Shown in pieces: positions 15,145-27,600 of a stretch of DNA of 29,211 nt. The stretch lies in IMG/VR virus record IMGVR_UViG_3300032247_000926, positions 1 to 29,211 of that record, one strand, 5' to 3'. Source of the DNA: a virus. Its lineage: Duplodnaviria > Caudoviricetes. Within the stretch, counting starts at the first letter, position 1. The number at the start of each line of letters is the position of its first letter. The position numbers were made by a program, and so were the translations under genes. A model generated the notes under the pieces. It did not search any database. It worked only from the letters and a program-made list of their open reading frames with translations, and had not been told where the DNA came from.

Positions 15145-18100
15145 ATGGCACGCACCACTAGACAAACAGTTGTATTTGGCGTAGAAGACTGGAAACGCAT
15201 CTACCAGACTTACAGAGAAGCTGACTTCCAAAGCTACGACTTTGAAGCTTTGCGAAAAAGTTTCATAGACTATCTACGACAATATTACCCAGAGACATTC
15301 AATGACTACATTGAATCATCGGAATTTATTGCCATGCTAGATGTGATTGCGTTCATGGGTCAGGCCATGAGTTTCCGCAATGACTTAAACACTCGTGAAA
15401 ATTATATCGACACCGCTGAACGCAGAGATAGCGTGGTTCGATTGGCCAATCTTGTGAGTTATACCCCCAAGCGTAACACCGAAGCACAAGGATATCTCAA
15501 AGTATTTTCAGTGCAGACCACAGAAAATGTCACTGACTTCAATGGTATTGATCTTGGCGGTGTGACTGTGAACTGGAATGATCCAAGTAATTTTAACTGG
15601 GCCGAACAATTTTCTACCATTATAAATTCAGCCTTGGTAGACACGCAACGTGTGGGCCGCCCAGGAAATCGTGCAACTATTCTAGGTATAGATACTTCGG
15701 AGTACAGTATCAATTTGGTACCGGGCTTCTTGCCAGTATTTCCTTACACCGCCACAGTGGATGGTGTGAACATGCCTTTTGAAGCAGTGAATTCCACATC
15801 GGTAGGAACACCATCCACTGAGCCATTTGTGTATGAACCACCACCCTTGCCCAATGGTATCTTTAATCTGTTGTTCCGCAACGATGCATTGGGATTTGCC
15901 AGCGCCAACACTGGATATTTCTTCTACTTCAAGCAAGGTGTACTGCAAAATCAAGATTTCAATCTTGCTGAACGTATCCCTAACCGTACTGTGGATATCA
16001 ATATTGAAGGTGTAAACAATGAAGATCGTTGGTTATTCCAGTTGGACAATGTAGGGAATGTTTCCGCTGAATGGAAATATGTAGAATCTGTGTATGCAGC
16101 AGCACAAGAGCAATTGGCTCCAGATCAACGCAAATTATTTTCTGTGACCAGTAGAGCCAATGATCAGATCACACTGACATTTGGTGATGGTGTGTTTTCA
16201 ACTATTCCTGTTGGATTGTTCCGTTGCTATGTGCGTGCCAGCAATGGACTCACATATATCATCAATCCTGATGAGATGCAAAGTGTAGTCATTCCAATCA
16301 GCTATGTCAGCAGATCAGGACAATTACAAACAATTACATTTACTTGTGGAATTACCACACCTGTAAGCAATGCACAAAGTAGAGAAACTCTAGACCAGAT
16401 CAAACAACGTGCTCCGGCCAGATACTACACACAGAATCGCATGGTGAATGGTGAGGATTACACCAATTTTCCATTCACAGCATACAACAGTATAATCAAG
16501 AGTTACGCATTGAATCGTGCCAGTATCGGTACCAGCCGGTATCTTGATCTAGTAGATAACACTGGCAAATACAGTAGTACAAACATCTTTGCCAGTGATG
16601 GTGCTATCTGGGAAGAAAATCAACTGCCTACATTTTTGTTTACCTGGATCACAAGAAATGAAGTAGCCAGTGTGATTACCAATCAAATACAACCTCTGTT
16701 GACTGCTGATGCGTTCACACAATTCTATTATGCTAATTTTCCAAGACCAAATCTGCTGGTCAACGATCTGACCTGGCATCAAAGCACTTCATTGGCCAAT
16801 GAAACATCAGGATATTTTGTAAACAACCAAGGAAATCCTGCGGCAATAAGCACCTATTCAAGTACCAATACCAAATACATTCAGGTGGGCAGCCTGGTAA
16901 AATTTGCCGCACCAACTGGGTACTATTTTGATTCCAATAACAGACTTAAATTGGGAATACCTACATTGGCAGCCGAACGTATGGAATTATGGGCCAGTCT
17001 GTCCAGTATCTATCTAGATGGAACCAATCAAGGTAAAGGTAACTTCACCAGCGGCAGATTGAGTGGACAAGGCCCAGTGATATTGAACAATTTCGTGCCA
17101 ACAGGTGCTATTCCAGTGCAAGTTATTCCATTGTTGATAACAGATATCCCCAGTAGTCTTGAGACCAGCGTGGCTGATCAGATTGTGTTGTATAGAAATT
17201 TTGGTCTAGGATATGACAACCTCACACAGACTTGGTATCTGATAACATCAAACAATCTTGCTGTGGATGCAGATTTTAGTTTGGCCAACGCACAGAGTGC
17301 CTCGGGCACCAATCAAGATGCAAGCTGGCTGATCCAAGGTATCACAGATGGAACAAAATACACAGTGACCAGTCGAGCATTGGTGTATAATTTTGGATCG
17401 GTGCTACAAACTAGATTCTTCTTTGAAACTGGCAATCGCATCTATGATCCAAGAACTGGTAACACCATCAGCGACTACATAAATGTTTTACGAACAAATA
17501 GTTTACCTGACTCAAATAGTCCTCTGCCAGGCGATGTATATCTCAAGATTATTGGACAACCTGTACAATCAGACGGATACGTGGATGACTATCAAGTGAT
17601 TGTCAGTTACCAAGACCGAGACAACAATGGAATAGCCGATGATCCAGATTTCTTCAACGAGATCGTGGCCCCGGATGTGAATCCAGACACCAAGTATGTG
17701 TTCTTTGAAAAGACTGTGGACTTTGATAATCTGCAACGCTATCTTTTGGTTGAACCAGAAAGAGTCAACAGCGATTATGCCACACAGGATGCTATCGAAT
17801 TGGTCAAAACTGAATACATCGCTGGACAGATTTTCTATGCTTACGATCAAGAAATATACATCGGACCCCTTGAAGGGCAGATTGGTGCTTTCTACGAATT
17901 GACGATTGATAGCGTGGGCGTAAGGACACTGGTGGATGTGACTATTGGGTGGTTGGCTAAAGTGGGTCGCTCAAGTTTGTATTTCCAATATCGTCACAAT
18001 GCTCCACTGGCAGATCGTATAGATCCGGGAACTACCAACATCATTGACTTATACGTGGTAACACAGAGTTATTATACTGCTTACACAAATTGGATCAGAG

Positions 18101-18609
18101 ATAGTACCGGCACAGTTCCTAAACCCGATGTTCCTACTATCAATGAACTCAGCACCGCATATCAAGGACTCAATAATTACAAGATGATTTCTGATAATGT
18201 GGTAGTAAATTCTGTGACTTTTAAACCATTGTTTGGGCCCAAGGCAGCAGAAAATCTCCGCGCCACTATCAAGGTGATCCGTGCTGCTAATTCCACAGCC
18301 AGTGACAGCGAAATTAAAACATTGGTAGTGGCCAATCTCAATCAATATTTTAGTATCGATGCATGGAACTTTGGTGATACCTTTTACTTCTCTGAACTGG
18401 CAGCCTATGTACATCGCAACATGGGTGGAGTAGTGAGTTCAGTGGTTCTTGTGCCGCTGGATCCACTGAAATATTTTGGTGATCTATACGAGATACGCTC
18501 GGCACCCAACGAAATATTTGTAAATGCAGCCGGTGTGAGTTCAGTGGAAGTGATCACATCACTAACATCTACCAACATAAGAACTGCGCCCGGCAGTGGA
18601 GTTATCTAA
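15145..18609 (+). CDS. gp6: Baseplate wedge subunit gp6 (long form, 1154 aa)
   Basis: [77 protein letters not shown] and C-terminal [10 protein letters not shown] are gp6/baseplate-J signatures. Confidence 0.9.
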   Translation: MARTTRQTVVFGVEDWKRIYQTYREADFQSYDFEALRKSFIDYLRQYYPETFNDYIESSEFIAMLDVIAFMGQAMSFRNDLNTRENYIDTAERRDSVVRLANLVSYTPKRNTEAQGYLKVFSVQTTENVTDFNGIDLGGVTVNWNDPSNFNWAEQFSTIINSALVDTQRVGRPGNRATILGIDTSEYSINLVPGFLPVFPYTATVDGVNMPFEAVNSTSVGTPSTEPFVYEPPPLPNGIFNLLFRNDALGFASANTGYFFYFKQGVLQNQDFNLAERIPNRTVDINIEGVNNEDRWLFQLDNVGNVSAEWKYVESVYAAAQEQLAPDQRKLFSVTSRANDQITLTFGDGVFSTIPVGLFRCYVRASNGLTYIINPDEMQSVVIPISYVSRSGQLQTITFTCGITTPVSNAQSRETLDQIKQRAPARYYTQNRMVNGEDYTNFPFTAYNSIIKSYALNRASIGTSRYLDLVDNTGKYSSTNIFASDGAIWEENQLPTFLFTWITRNEVASVITNQIQPLLTADAFTQFYYANFPRPNLLVNDLTWHQSTSLANETSGYFVNNQGNPAAISTYSSTNTKYIQVGSLVKFAAPTGYYFDSNNRLKLGIPTLAAERMELWASLSSIYLDGTNQGKGNFTSGRLSGQGPVILNNFVPTGAIPVQVIPLLITDIPSSLETSVADQIVLYRNFGLGYDNLTQTWYLITSNNLAVDADFSLANAQSASGTNQDASWLIQGITDGTKYTVTSRALVYNFGSVLQTRFFFETGNRIYDPRTGNTISDYINVLRTNSLPDSNSPLPGDVYLKIIGQPVQSDGYVDDYQVIVSYQDRDNNGIADDPDFFNEIVAPDVNPDTKYVFFEKTVDFDNLQRYLLVEPERVNSDYATQDAIELVKTEYIAGQIFYAYDQEIYIGPLEGQIGAFYELTIDSVGVRTLVDVTIGWLAKVGRSSLYFQYRHNAPLADRIDPGTTNIIDLYVVTQSYYTAYTNWIRDSTGTVPKPDVPTINELSTAYQGLNNYKMISDNVVVNSVTFKPLFGPKAAENLRATIKVIRAANSTASDSEIKTLVVANLNQYFSIDAWNFGDTFYFSELAAYVHRNMGGVVSSVVLVPLDPLKYFGDLYEIRSAPNEIFVNAAGVSSVEVITSLTSTNIRTAPGSGVI

Positions 18610-21600
18610 TGGCTAGAACAAGAACAGTAGATTTTCTACCACCAATCTTTCAGACCAGTACCAACAAGCAGTTTCTGGCAGCTACACTGGATCAACTGGT
18701 CCAAGAACCCGAGTTCAAGAAAACACAAGGATTTGTAGGTCGGCATGTGGGACCAGGGGTAAACCCCAATGATTACTATGTGATCGAGCCCACACCCGAC
18801 CGTGCCAATTATCAACTTGAACCTGGTGTGATCAGTATGGTGCCGGACACTGACACCATCGAAGATGCTATCACATATCCAGGTATAACTGATGCCATAG
18901 CACGCCAAGGTGGATTCACAGATAATGCTGCAAGATTGTACACCAGTGAATACTACAGCTGGGATCCTTTTATAAACTTTGATAAGTTTTCTAACTACAG
19001 CCAGTACTATTGGTTGCCTGCAGGGCCGCTGTCAGTGGATATCAGTGCCACTATCATTCCGTTGACCGATACTTTTGAAGTCTCCAGGGCAGACAACTAT
19101 TATGAATTCTCAGGTGTGCTGGGAGAGAATCCTGTGCTTACCCTGATTCGCGGTGGCACTTATAAATTTGACGTCAATCAACCGCCCAATCAATTCTGGA
19201 TCCAGATGGAGCCAGGAGTAAATGGTCGATTGCCGTATGCACCTAACATAAGTTCAAGAGACGTATTGGGAGTCACCAACAACGGTGAAGATTCAGGAAC
19301 AGTCACCTTTAGTGTGCCTTACAAAAATGCACAGCAATTTTATTATGATCTAGAACTCATACCCAGTATTCCTACGCCGGGTCAAGTAGATCTACTTACT
19401 ACCACTTTGCAATTCGATCAGGTCAATAATGTGTTCTTGAGCACCTTCCTGGAACAATACCCCAATGGCATTGATGGAATCACCAATCTCCAAAATCGTA
19501 CCATAGTGTTTACCAACACCATTACTGATCCTGAAGATGGCGGGTGGCTGATCACCACACAATTTGATCCACTGTTACAGATACCAAGCAACAATGGATT
19601 TCCAGGCAGTTACGATTATCTCACATATGACCAGACCACACCTATCTTGGATCCCAATGTCAGATACAGTGTATGGTTGATACAATATCAATATACAAAC
19701 AATGGCGATCCGATCCTCAAACTAACATCAGTGGCATCTTGCCCGACCTTGAGTAAATTTACAGTTTTGTTTGGTGACGAATGGAGCACCACACAATGGT
19801 ATCGCAATGCTGAAGGATACTTCCAGCAGATTCCTTTGCTGACCGCTGTGAAAGACCTGCTGTGGTATCAAGACGGAACCAATCCAGAAATCTTTGGACA
19901 GATCAGATTAGTAGATCAGACACAATCTCAAACTATCAATGTAACCAGAGAAATACTTGGCAAGAAAACCTACACCTCGCCCAACGGTGTGGTGTTTACC
20001 AACAATCTCAAAATAACTTTCCAAGGAGATGTGGTCCCTAGCAGTTACCAAGGACAGACATACTATGTGGCAGGCGTGGGCACGGCTATCCAACTGTTGC
20101 CAACCAGCAATTATGTCACTCCGGAAACTTATACTGAAAATGCCACTATACCTTTTTCTTCTTTGCCGTTCGATGTGGGCAATTACGATGGTAGTCTAAA
20201 TCAGCCTCAACAATTAGATTATATCACCATAGCATTGGACAGTCCTGATCTCAATGCGTGGACCCGTTCAAATCGTTGGTTCCACATCGATGTGATCTCT
20301 GCAAGTGCTGCTTACAACAATACCAAGACTGTGTTGGACAATGCACAACGAGCCAAGCGACCTATCATTGAGTTTCGCGGTGGTACAAAATTGTACAACA
20401 TGGGCACTGAAGGCAAGCAGCCAGTGAACATCATTGACCTCACACAAACCGACGCATTATCAAATGTGAATGGGCAAACACAATATTATATTGATGGATA
20501 CGAGCTACAACAAGACAGCAGAGTAATCTTTGCAAAAGATACAGATGCTCAAGTCCGCAACAAAATATATGTGGTCAAGTTTATCAACCCGGCCACTGGG
20601 CCATTGCCTGATAGTACCTTGTTGGCTGAACCTATCATTGATCTGGTTCCTGCTTCAGACGCAGAATCATTGGTTGATCAGAGTGTGGTGTGTCTCAGCG
20701 GTAATACATTACAAGGTATAACCTTTTGGTATGATGGCGTTCAGTGGATCGAGGCACAAGAAAAAACATCAATAAATCAAACACCCATGTTTGATGTATA
20801 CGATCTCAACGGGTATAGCCTGGGCAACCGTGCGGTGTATCCTAGCTCAACTTTTTCTACAACCAAGAATAATCTTGGCAATAGTGTCGGCGGCAGTGCA
20901 TTGTTTAGCTATGCCGTTGGAACTAGTGGCATAATTGACACAGTTTTGGGATTCCCTCTACGGTATCTCAGCTTGAACAATGTGGGCGATATCGTTTTTG
21001 ATAACAATTTGTACTCAGACACATTTATCTATGTCAAAGATAACGTCAGCACAACTGAAAATATCAGCATTGGTTATGTAAAACAATATGCAAATAGAAC
21101 AGTATATCAGAAAGAGATTGGATGGCAACCCGCGGCAGTCAAGAGCCAGGTCTATCAACAATTCAGTTTCACTTATACCAGTGTGGCCATCACAGGATCA
21201 ATCACAGGTACCACTCTCACAGTCACAGCAGGTCCTGCAGATGGAACATCATTGCAGATAGGACAGACACTGAGTGGCAAAGACATCACACCCGGTACTC
21301 AGATAACAGGATTACTCACAGGAACCGGCGGTACAGGAACTTACACAGTTTCTGTTGCTCAGACTACATTGACAGAAATCATAAAGGTCACAACTCCGTT
21401 GATACTAGATGTGGCCGTACTTCCTACCGGCACCGTGCCCAGCATCAAGGTATATGCTACCAGCGTAAGCCAGAACTACAGTAGCTTGTTCCAGGACTCA
21501 ACAACATATACGTTCACTACTACCGACCATACTACCACTATAAGGTTTAATCCCACTACCACGATAGTGTCCGGGGATATCGTAGAAGTGTTGGCACTGA

Positions 21601-24600
21601 GTGATCAGGTAAGTGCTGTGGGATTCTATCAAGTGCCTGTCAACTTGGAAAACAATCCGTTGAATGGTAACAGTGCTAATTTCACATTGGGGACCATACG
21701 GACTCATTATGATAGTATCGCACAAAACTTAGTAAATCTAACTGGAGCGATCAACGGTGCTAACAATTCAAGAGACCTAGGAAATATTGTTCCTTATGGA
21801 CTGAGTATCTTGCAACAGAGTTCGCCAATGACATTGGCAGGATATTTCCTACGTAAACCAGAATATAACATTTTTGCATCGTTGGAATACAATTCAAGAG
21901 AATATGAAAAATTCAAGGCACAATTTTTAAATCAGGCAGTGACCGGCGACTATGCCAATATGACCATTCCTGAAATACTCAATGCAGTGTTTTTTGAACT
22001 CAACATAGGCCGAACAAGTGCAAGTCCATTCTACTGGAGTGACATGTTGCCCACTGGCACAGTCTATACTCAATTGCAAACCACAGTGACACCAATCACT
22101 GATGCAGTATTTGATCTCACGCAGGTATTCAATTACACATCGGCTAATTATCAAGCCTTGTTAGTTTATGTGAATGATCGTTTACTAACTAGAAATGTTG
22201 AGTACATAGTTGGCACTGATTCTCCTATTATTACCATTTTAGTACCATTGGCTGTGGGGGATGTTGTGACCATACAGGAATACGAAGCCACGTATGGTAG
22301 TTATGTGCCTAATACTCCTACCAAGTTAGGGTTGTATCCTGCGTATGTGCCTGAAATATATTTAGACACCACCTATGTAGATCCGGTGTTTGTGATACGT
22401 GGACACGATGGATCGATCACTAGAGCATTCAGTGACTTCCGTGATGAATTATTGTTAGAATACGAAACCAGGATCTATAACAATTTAAAATTGGACGGAA
22501 ATCCGATTCCATTGACCACAGCCGAAGTGATCCCTGGAGAGTTCCGTACCACAGACTACACCATGACTGAGATCCAGGATATCTTGAATCAGGATTTCTT
22601 GACCTGGGTGGGATGGAACAAACTGGACTACAAGACACAGGATTACATACAGACCAATCAGTTCACTTGGAATTACTCCACAGCATCAAACAAGCTCACC
22701 GACAATGAACCTCTAGTGATCGGTGCCTGGAGAGGTATCTACAACTATTTCTACGACACTATCTATCCGGCCACTCGGCCTTGGGAGATGTTGGGATTCA
22801 GCGAAATGCCAATTTGGTGGACAGATGAATATGGCCCACCACCTTATACATCTGGCAACTTGGTGCTTTGGGGAGATCTTTCTGCAGGTCTTGTGAGAGA
22901 TCCAGTGGCACCCTACGTTCGTCCGGAATATATTCGCAAAGGATTGCTGGACGTGATTCCAGTGAGCAGTGAAGGTGCTTTGCTAAGTCCCATGCAGGTC
23001 ATGGTAGGAAACTTTAATAGCAATAATTTCCGACGCAGTTGGGTGGCAGGCGACGATGGCCCGGTAGAAAATGCATGGCGCACATCCAGCGCATATCCAT
23101 TTGCAATCATGAGATTGTTGGCGCTGACCCGTCCTGCTGAATTCTTCTCATTGTTTGCTGATAGAGACTTGTATAAATTTGACACAGATTACAATCAATA
23201 CCTGTACAACCAGCGTTATAGATTGGATGCCAATGGTTTAGAAATATATGGCAATGGCACAAGCAAAGCCAGTTACATTGACTGGATCGTGGATTTCAAT
23301 CGTCAGAGTGGTATCAATTCCACTGATGCACTCACTGTTGATCTTAAAAATCTTGATGTTAGGTTGTGCTACAGGATGGCCAGTTTCTCGGCCAAGAATC
23401 TATTAGAAATTTATACAGAAAAGTCTAGTCCCAACAGTCAGAATTCCAGCTTGTTGATACCAGACAACAGTTACAATCTATTGTTTTACAAGAATGTACC
23501 TTTTGCTCAACTGACCTATTCTAGTGTGATCGTACAAAGCACCAGCACAGGATGGGCAGTATATGGATACAGTTTAAATCAACAATATTTTAACATTCTA
23601 CAAAGCCAGATCAATGGAAACTTGGCCACAGTATCCGCTGGCGGTAGTTCGGTCCGCGTACCAGTGAATTATACCAACAATGTGGTACAGATTCCATACG
23701 GTTATGTGTTTACAAATCAAACATTGATGGTAGACTTCTTGCTGAGCTACGGAAAATTATTACAAAATCAAGGACTGGTATTTGACACTCTAGAAAATGG
23801 TTACATCCTAGACTGGAATCAAATGGCCAGTGAATTTTTGTATTGGAGCAATCAAGGATGGGAAACCGGTTCCATCATCAATCTCAACCCAGGTGCCACT
23901 AAACTAATCGTTGAACGTGCAGGTGCTATCGTGGATAGCATCGCTGTGCAGACGATAGAAAACATGGTGCTCAACGCAGATCGTACACCGTTCAATGCTA
24001 GAGATCTTGTGATTGAACGTCTAGACAATACTTTCACGATCTCTAGTTTAACCAACAACACCATAAACTTCCTGAATATTAAATTCACCAACTACGAAAA
24101 CATGGTTGTGTTGGACAACACCAGTATCTTTGCAGACCTCATATACAATCCAATCACTGGTGCAAGACAAAGTCGTATAAGACTTGCAGGGTGGACCACT
24201 ACAGAATGGAACGGACAGTTAGACGCACAAGGATTTATTTTAAATCAAGACAATATCAAGCCCTGGGATCCGTTGAAGAAATATGCCCGCGGCGAGATCG
24301 TAGAATGGAAAAATACCTATTACAGTGCCGTTGATATTGTACAGCCATCAGCTGCCTTTGACATCAATCAATGGACAGTATCTGACTACACCAAAATACA
24401 ACAAGGCTTGTTGCCTAACTTGGCCAACAAGAGTGACCAACTGGCCAACACCTACAACATCTATACTGCCAATCTTGAACTCAATCAAGACTTGTTTGGC
24501 TATGCATTGATTGGATGGAAACCACGACAATACATGGTAAATCTAGAATTAGACAGTACCAGTCAAGTCAGTTTGTATCAACAATTCTTAGGCACCAAAG

Positions 24601-27600
24601 GCACAGTACAAGCAGCAGAGTTATTCTCATTCGCAGACCTTGGCCGAGGTGTAGCACAATATGATATCTACGAAAATTGGGCCGTGTTACGTGGCACCTA
24701 TGGAGCCAATGCCAATCGCAGCTTCTATGAACTACAACTCAATGAAGCATTGCTTACTGCCAATCCCAGTACCATACAAGTGATATCAACACATGAATCT
24801 AGTTTGGCCGAACAAACAGTATTGTTGAATAAACTGTGGAAATCTAGCTATAAGATAACAAGCCCTAACATTCTGACCACTGTCACAATTCCTGTGACTG
24901 ACTCGGCATTGCCCAGCGCAGGATATGTGAATTTTGATGATGTTGATATCACAGTATTTGACATAACCGAACCAGCTTCACTCAATGCAAACATAGATTC
25001 CATTGATGTGGGCACAGTGATCTGGGTAGCCAAGATCAACAACTACGACTGGGGCATTTACAGAACAAATCAAATACCAGGATATTTGAGTTCTATAACA
25101 ACCAATCTTGATGGTACTGGTGTTTTTGAGTTTACAAAACCACACGGAATCACAGCAGGAACATTGTTTATCGTGAGATTTTTCTCAGACACAGTTGATG
25201 GTGTATATGAAGTATTGACTGTTCCCAGTGCCACTCAACTGGTGGCTAGTTTTAATTTTACAAATGCCAATCAGATAACCGCACTAGGCAACGGCATTGG
25301 ATTTGTTTTGCAAACTCAGCGGGTGAGTCAGGCCAGCGATGTTATCACTTTACCATACGCCAACAGCCTCATACCAGGAAACAAAGTATGGGTAGACAAC
25401 AATGGATTGGATCTCTGGGAAGTATTAGAAAAACAACAAGTGTTCACATCGGCTCTGGAAATCAAAGCCAACAATCCAGAATTAAACAGCAAGTTTGGCC
25501 AAGCCATAGGGCAAGCCAATACCAATCTATATGCATTGGTGGGCAGTCCAGCATACGATTCAGATATCGGCGCAATATACACATATATTCGATCAGCGAC
25601 TAACCCATTTTTAGAAAGTGCTATCATTGAACTTGGTGCTGCTGATACCATTGGGTTTGGCCAAGCAGTCAGCATAGGCAATGAAACTTGGCAAGTAATT
25701 GGCGCACCTAGCAGTTATAACAATCGAGGATATGCTGCTGTGGTATATCGCATACCGGGCACAGTTGATTTTGTTATTTCAACACTGCTTACAGTTCCTG
25801 ACCCCAGAGATCTGCAATACCCGGCAGAATTTGGATACAGCCTGGCTGTGAGCCGCGATGAACGCTGGATGTACATTGGTGCTCCAGGCATCAATCGAGT
25901 ATTTGCTTATGGATTAGTGGAAGTTGAGCCACAGAGTGTGACCTATACCACAAATGGCAAACAAAATGTTTTCAATTACAGCGATTATATTGTGATTGAT
26001 GATCAAGAATATCAACAGATCACTGTGGTATTGAACAATCAACGTCTGGTATATGGGGTTGATTATACACAAACTGGCACTAGTATTGTTTTTAGCTCAG
26101 CGCCCAACAGTCAGTTGACGTTGAAGATCGCACGTAGAACATCACAATCTTATGTGGGCAATGGATCAAACAAGACATTCTCATTGAATGAATACTTGTA
26201 CTCAGCGGTAAACATCTACAGTTTCAAAGTTGTGTTGAATGGAACCCTACAGCGGCCAAATATTGATTACACATTCAATGCCGACGACAGCACTTATGGC
26301 AGAGACTTGATTTTTCAAACCGCGCCAGGGGCAGGTGCATCAATCAATGTAAGTACAACCGGTTACTATACTTTTGTTGATACTTTAGAATTCAATTTAA
26401 ACTTCACAGCATCAATCTCCGGCACCACGATGACAGTGAGCTCGGTACCAGTTGGATCACCTCCACTTACCAAAGGCATGATACTTTCAGGATTTGGAAT
26501 TATACCAGGTCTCAGGATCACAGCATTACTCACAGGAATCGGAGGAACCGGTACCTATCAGGTAAGTCTCAATCAGAGTGTGCCATCTACCACTATCACA
26601 GCTAGACTTCCTGACTCGGCTAGATTTGGTGAAAGCGTGGCCTGTACTGTAGATGGCCGCCAGGTCATGATCGGAACTCCTAATGACTACTATGACGGCA
26701 CTGAAAATGCTGGTGCCGTGTATGTGTATGATCGGTCGGTGCAAAACTTTGTTGTGACTGATGTTGCACAAACTTCTTACACAGTGGATGGTGGGTTATT
26801 GGTCGCACCTACTTCGGTGATTCTAAACAACCAATTCCTGACCAACACACAAGGTAATATAACTGGAACATTCACGGTATCCGGATCCACAGTCACTGTC
26901 AGTACAGAATTGGCAGTGGGTGACATATTGCAGATACAAGCCAACACATTTAATCTATTACAGATCATAGGAGCCAATTCACCAACAAGTGATGCAAATT
27001 TTGGATCAAGTGTGGATATTTGCCGATACAGTTGCAGTCTATACACAGGAGCTCCTCAAGACAGTTCTGTATTGGCGCAGGCAGGATCTGTACAGCGCAA
27101 TGTAAATCAAAGTCGTGTTTACGGAACCATAACCAGTACCAACGCTAACGCATTGTTGGTGCCCGGGGAAACAATCAGAATCAATGATCAAGAAGTCGCA
27201 GTCAGCACACCTGATTCCTGGACCAGCATCAGCACTTATGCAAAAAATGATATCGTTAAACATAATCAGGACATATACATCGCTATTCGTGCAGTACCTG
27301 TGGGGGTAGTGATTACTGATACCACATACTGGCAAACCAGTGGATGGCCGGCTGTATTGGCACAAGACATCAACAATTCAGGAATCGCTAATGTCGTTGC
27401 AAGAGTAGGAGCATCGGGCACCAGCAGTGATGGATTGTTGACCATCAGTGTCAAGAACATAGTGGCCGCAGAAGAAGGAAATAGACTGACTGTTTTACCG
27501 GGGTTGATTGGAACAGTATTCCAGAGTCTTGTATTTGATACCTTTGCATATACACAAACAATTACCAGTCCTGCTCCGGTACTGAATGCTAAATTCGGAT

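Noticed and set aside
6955-18609. Bacterial contractile injection system (eCIS/T6SS) rather than phage
   Set aside because: Adjacent gp55, gp47, gp46 and T4-like late promoters indicate a lytic T4-related phage genome.
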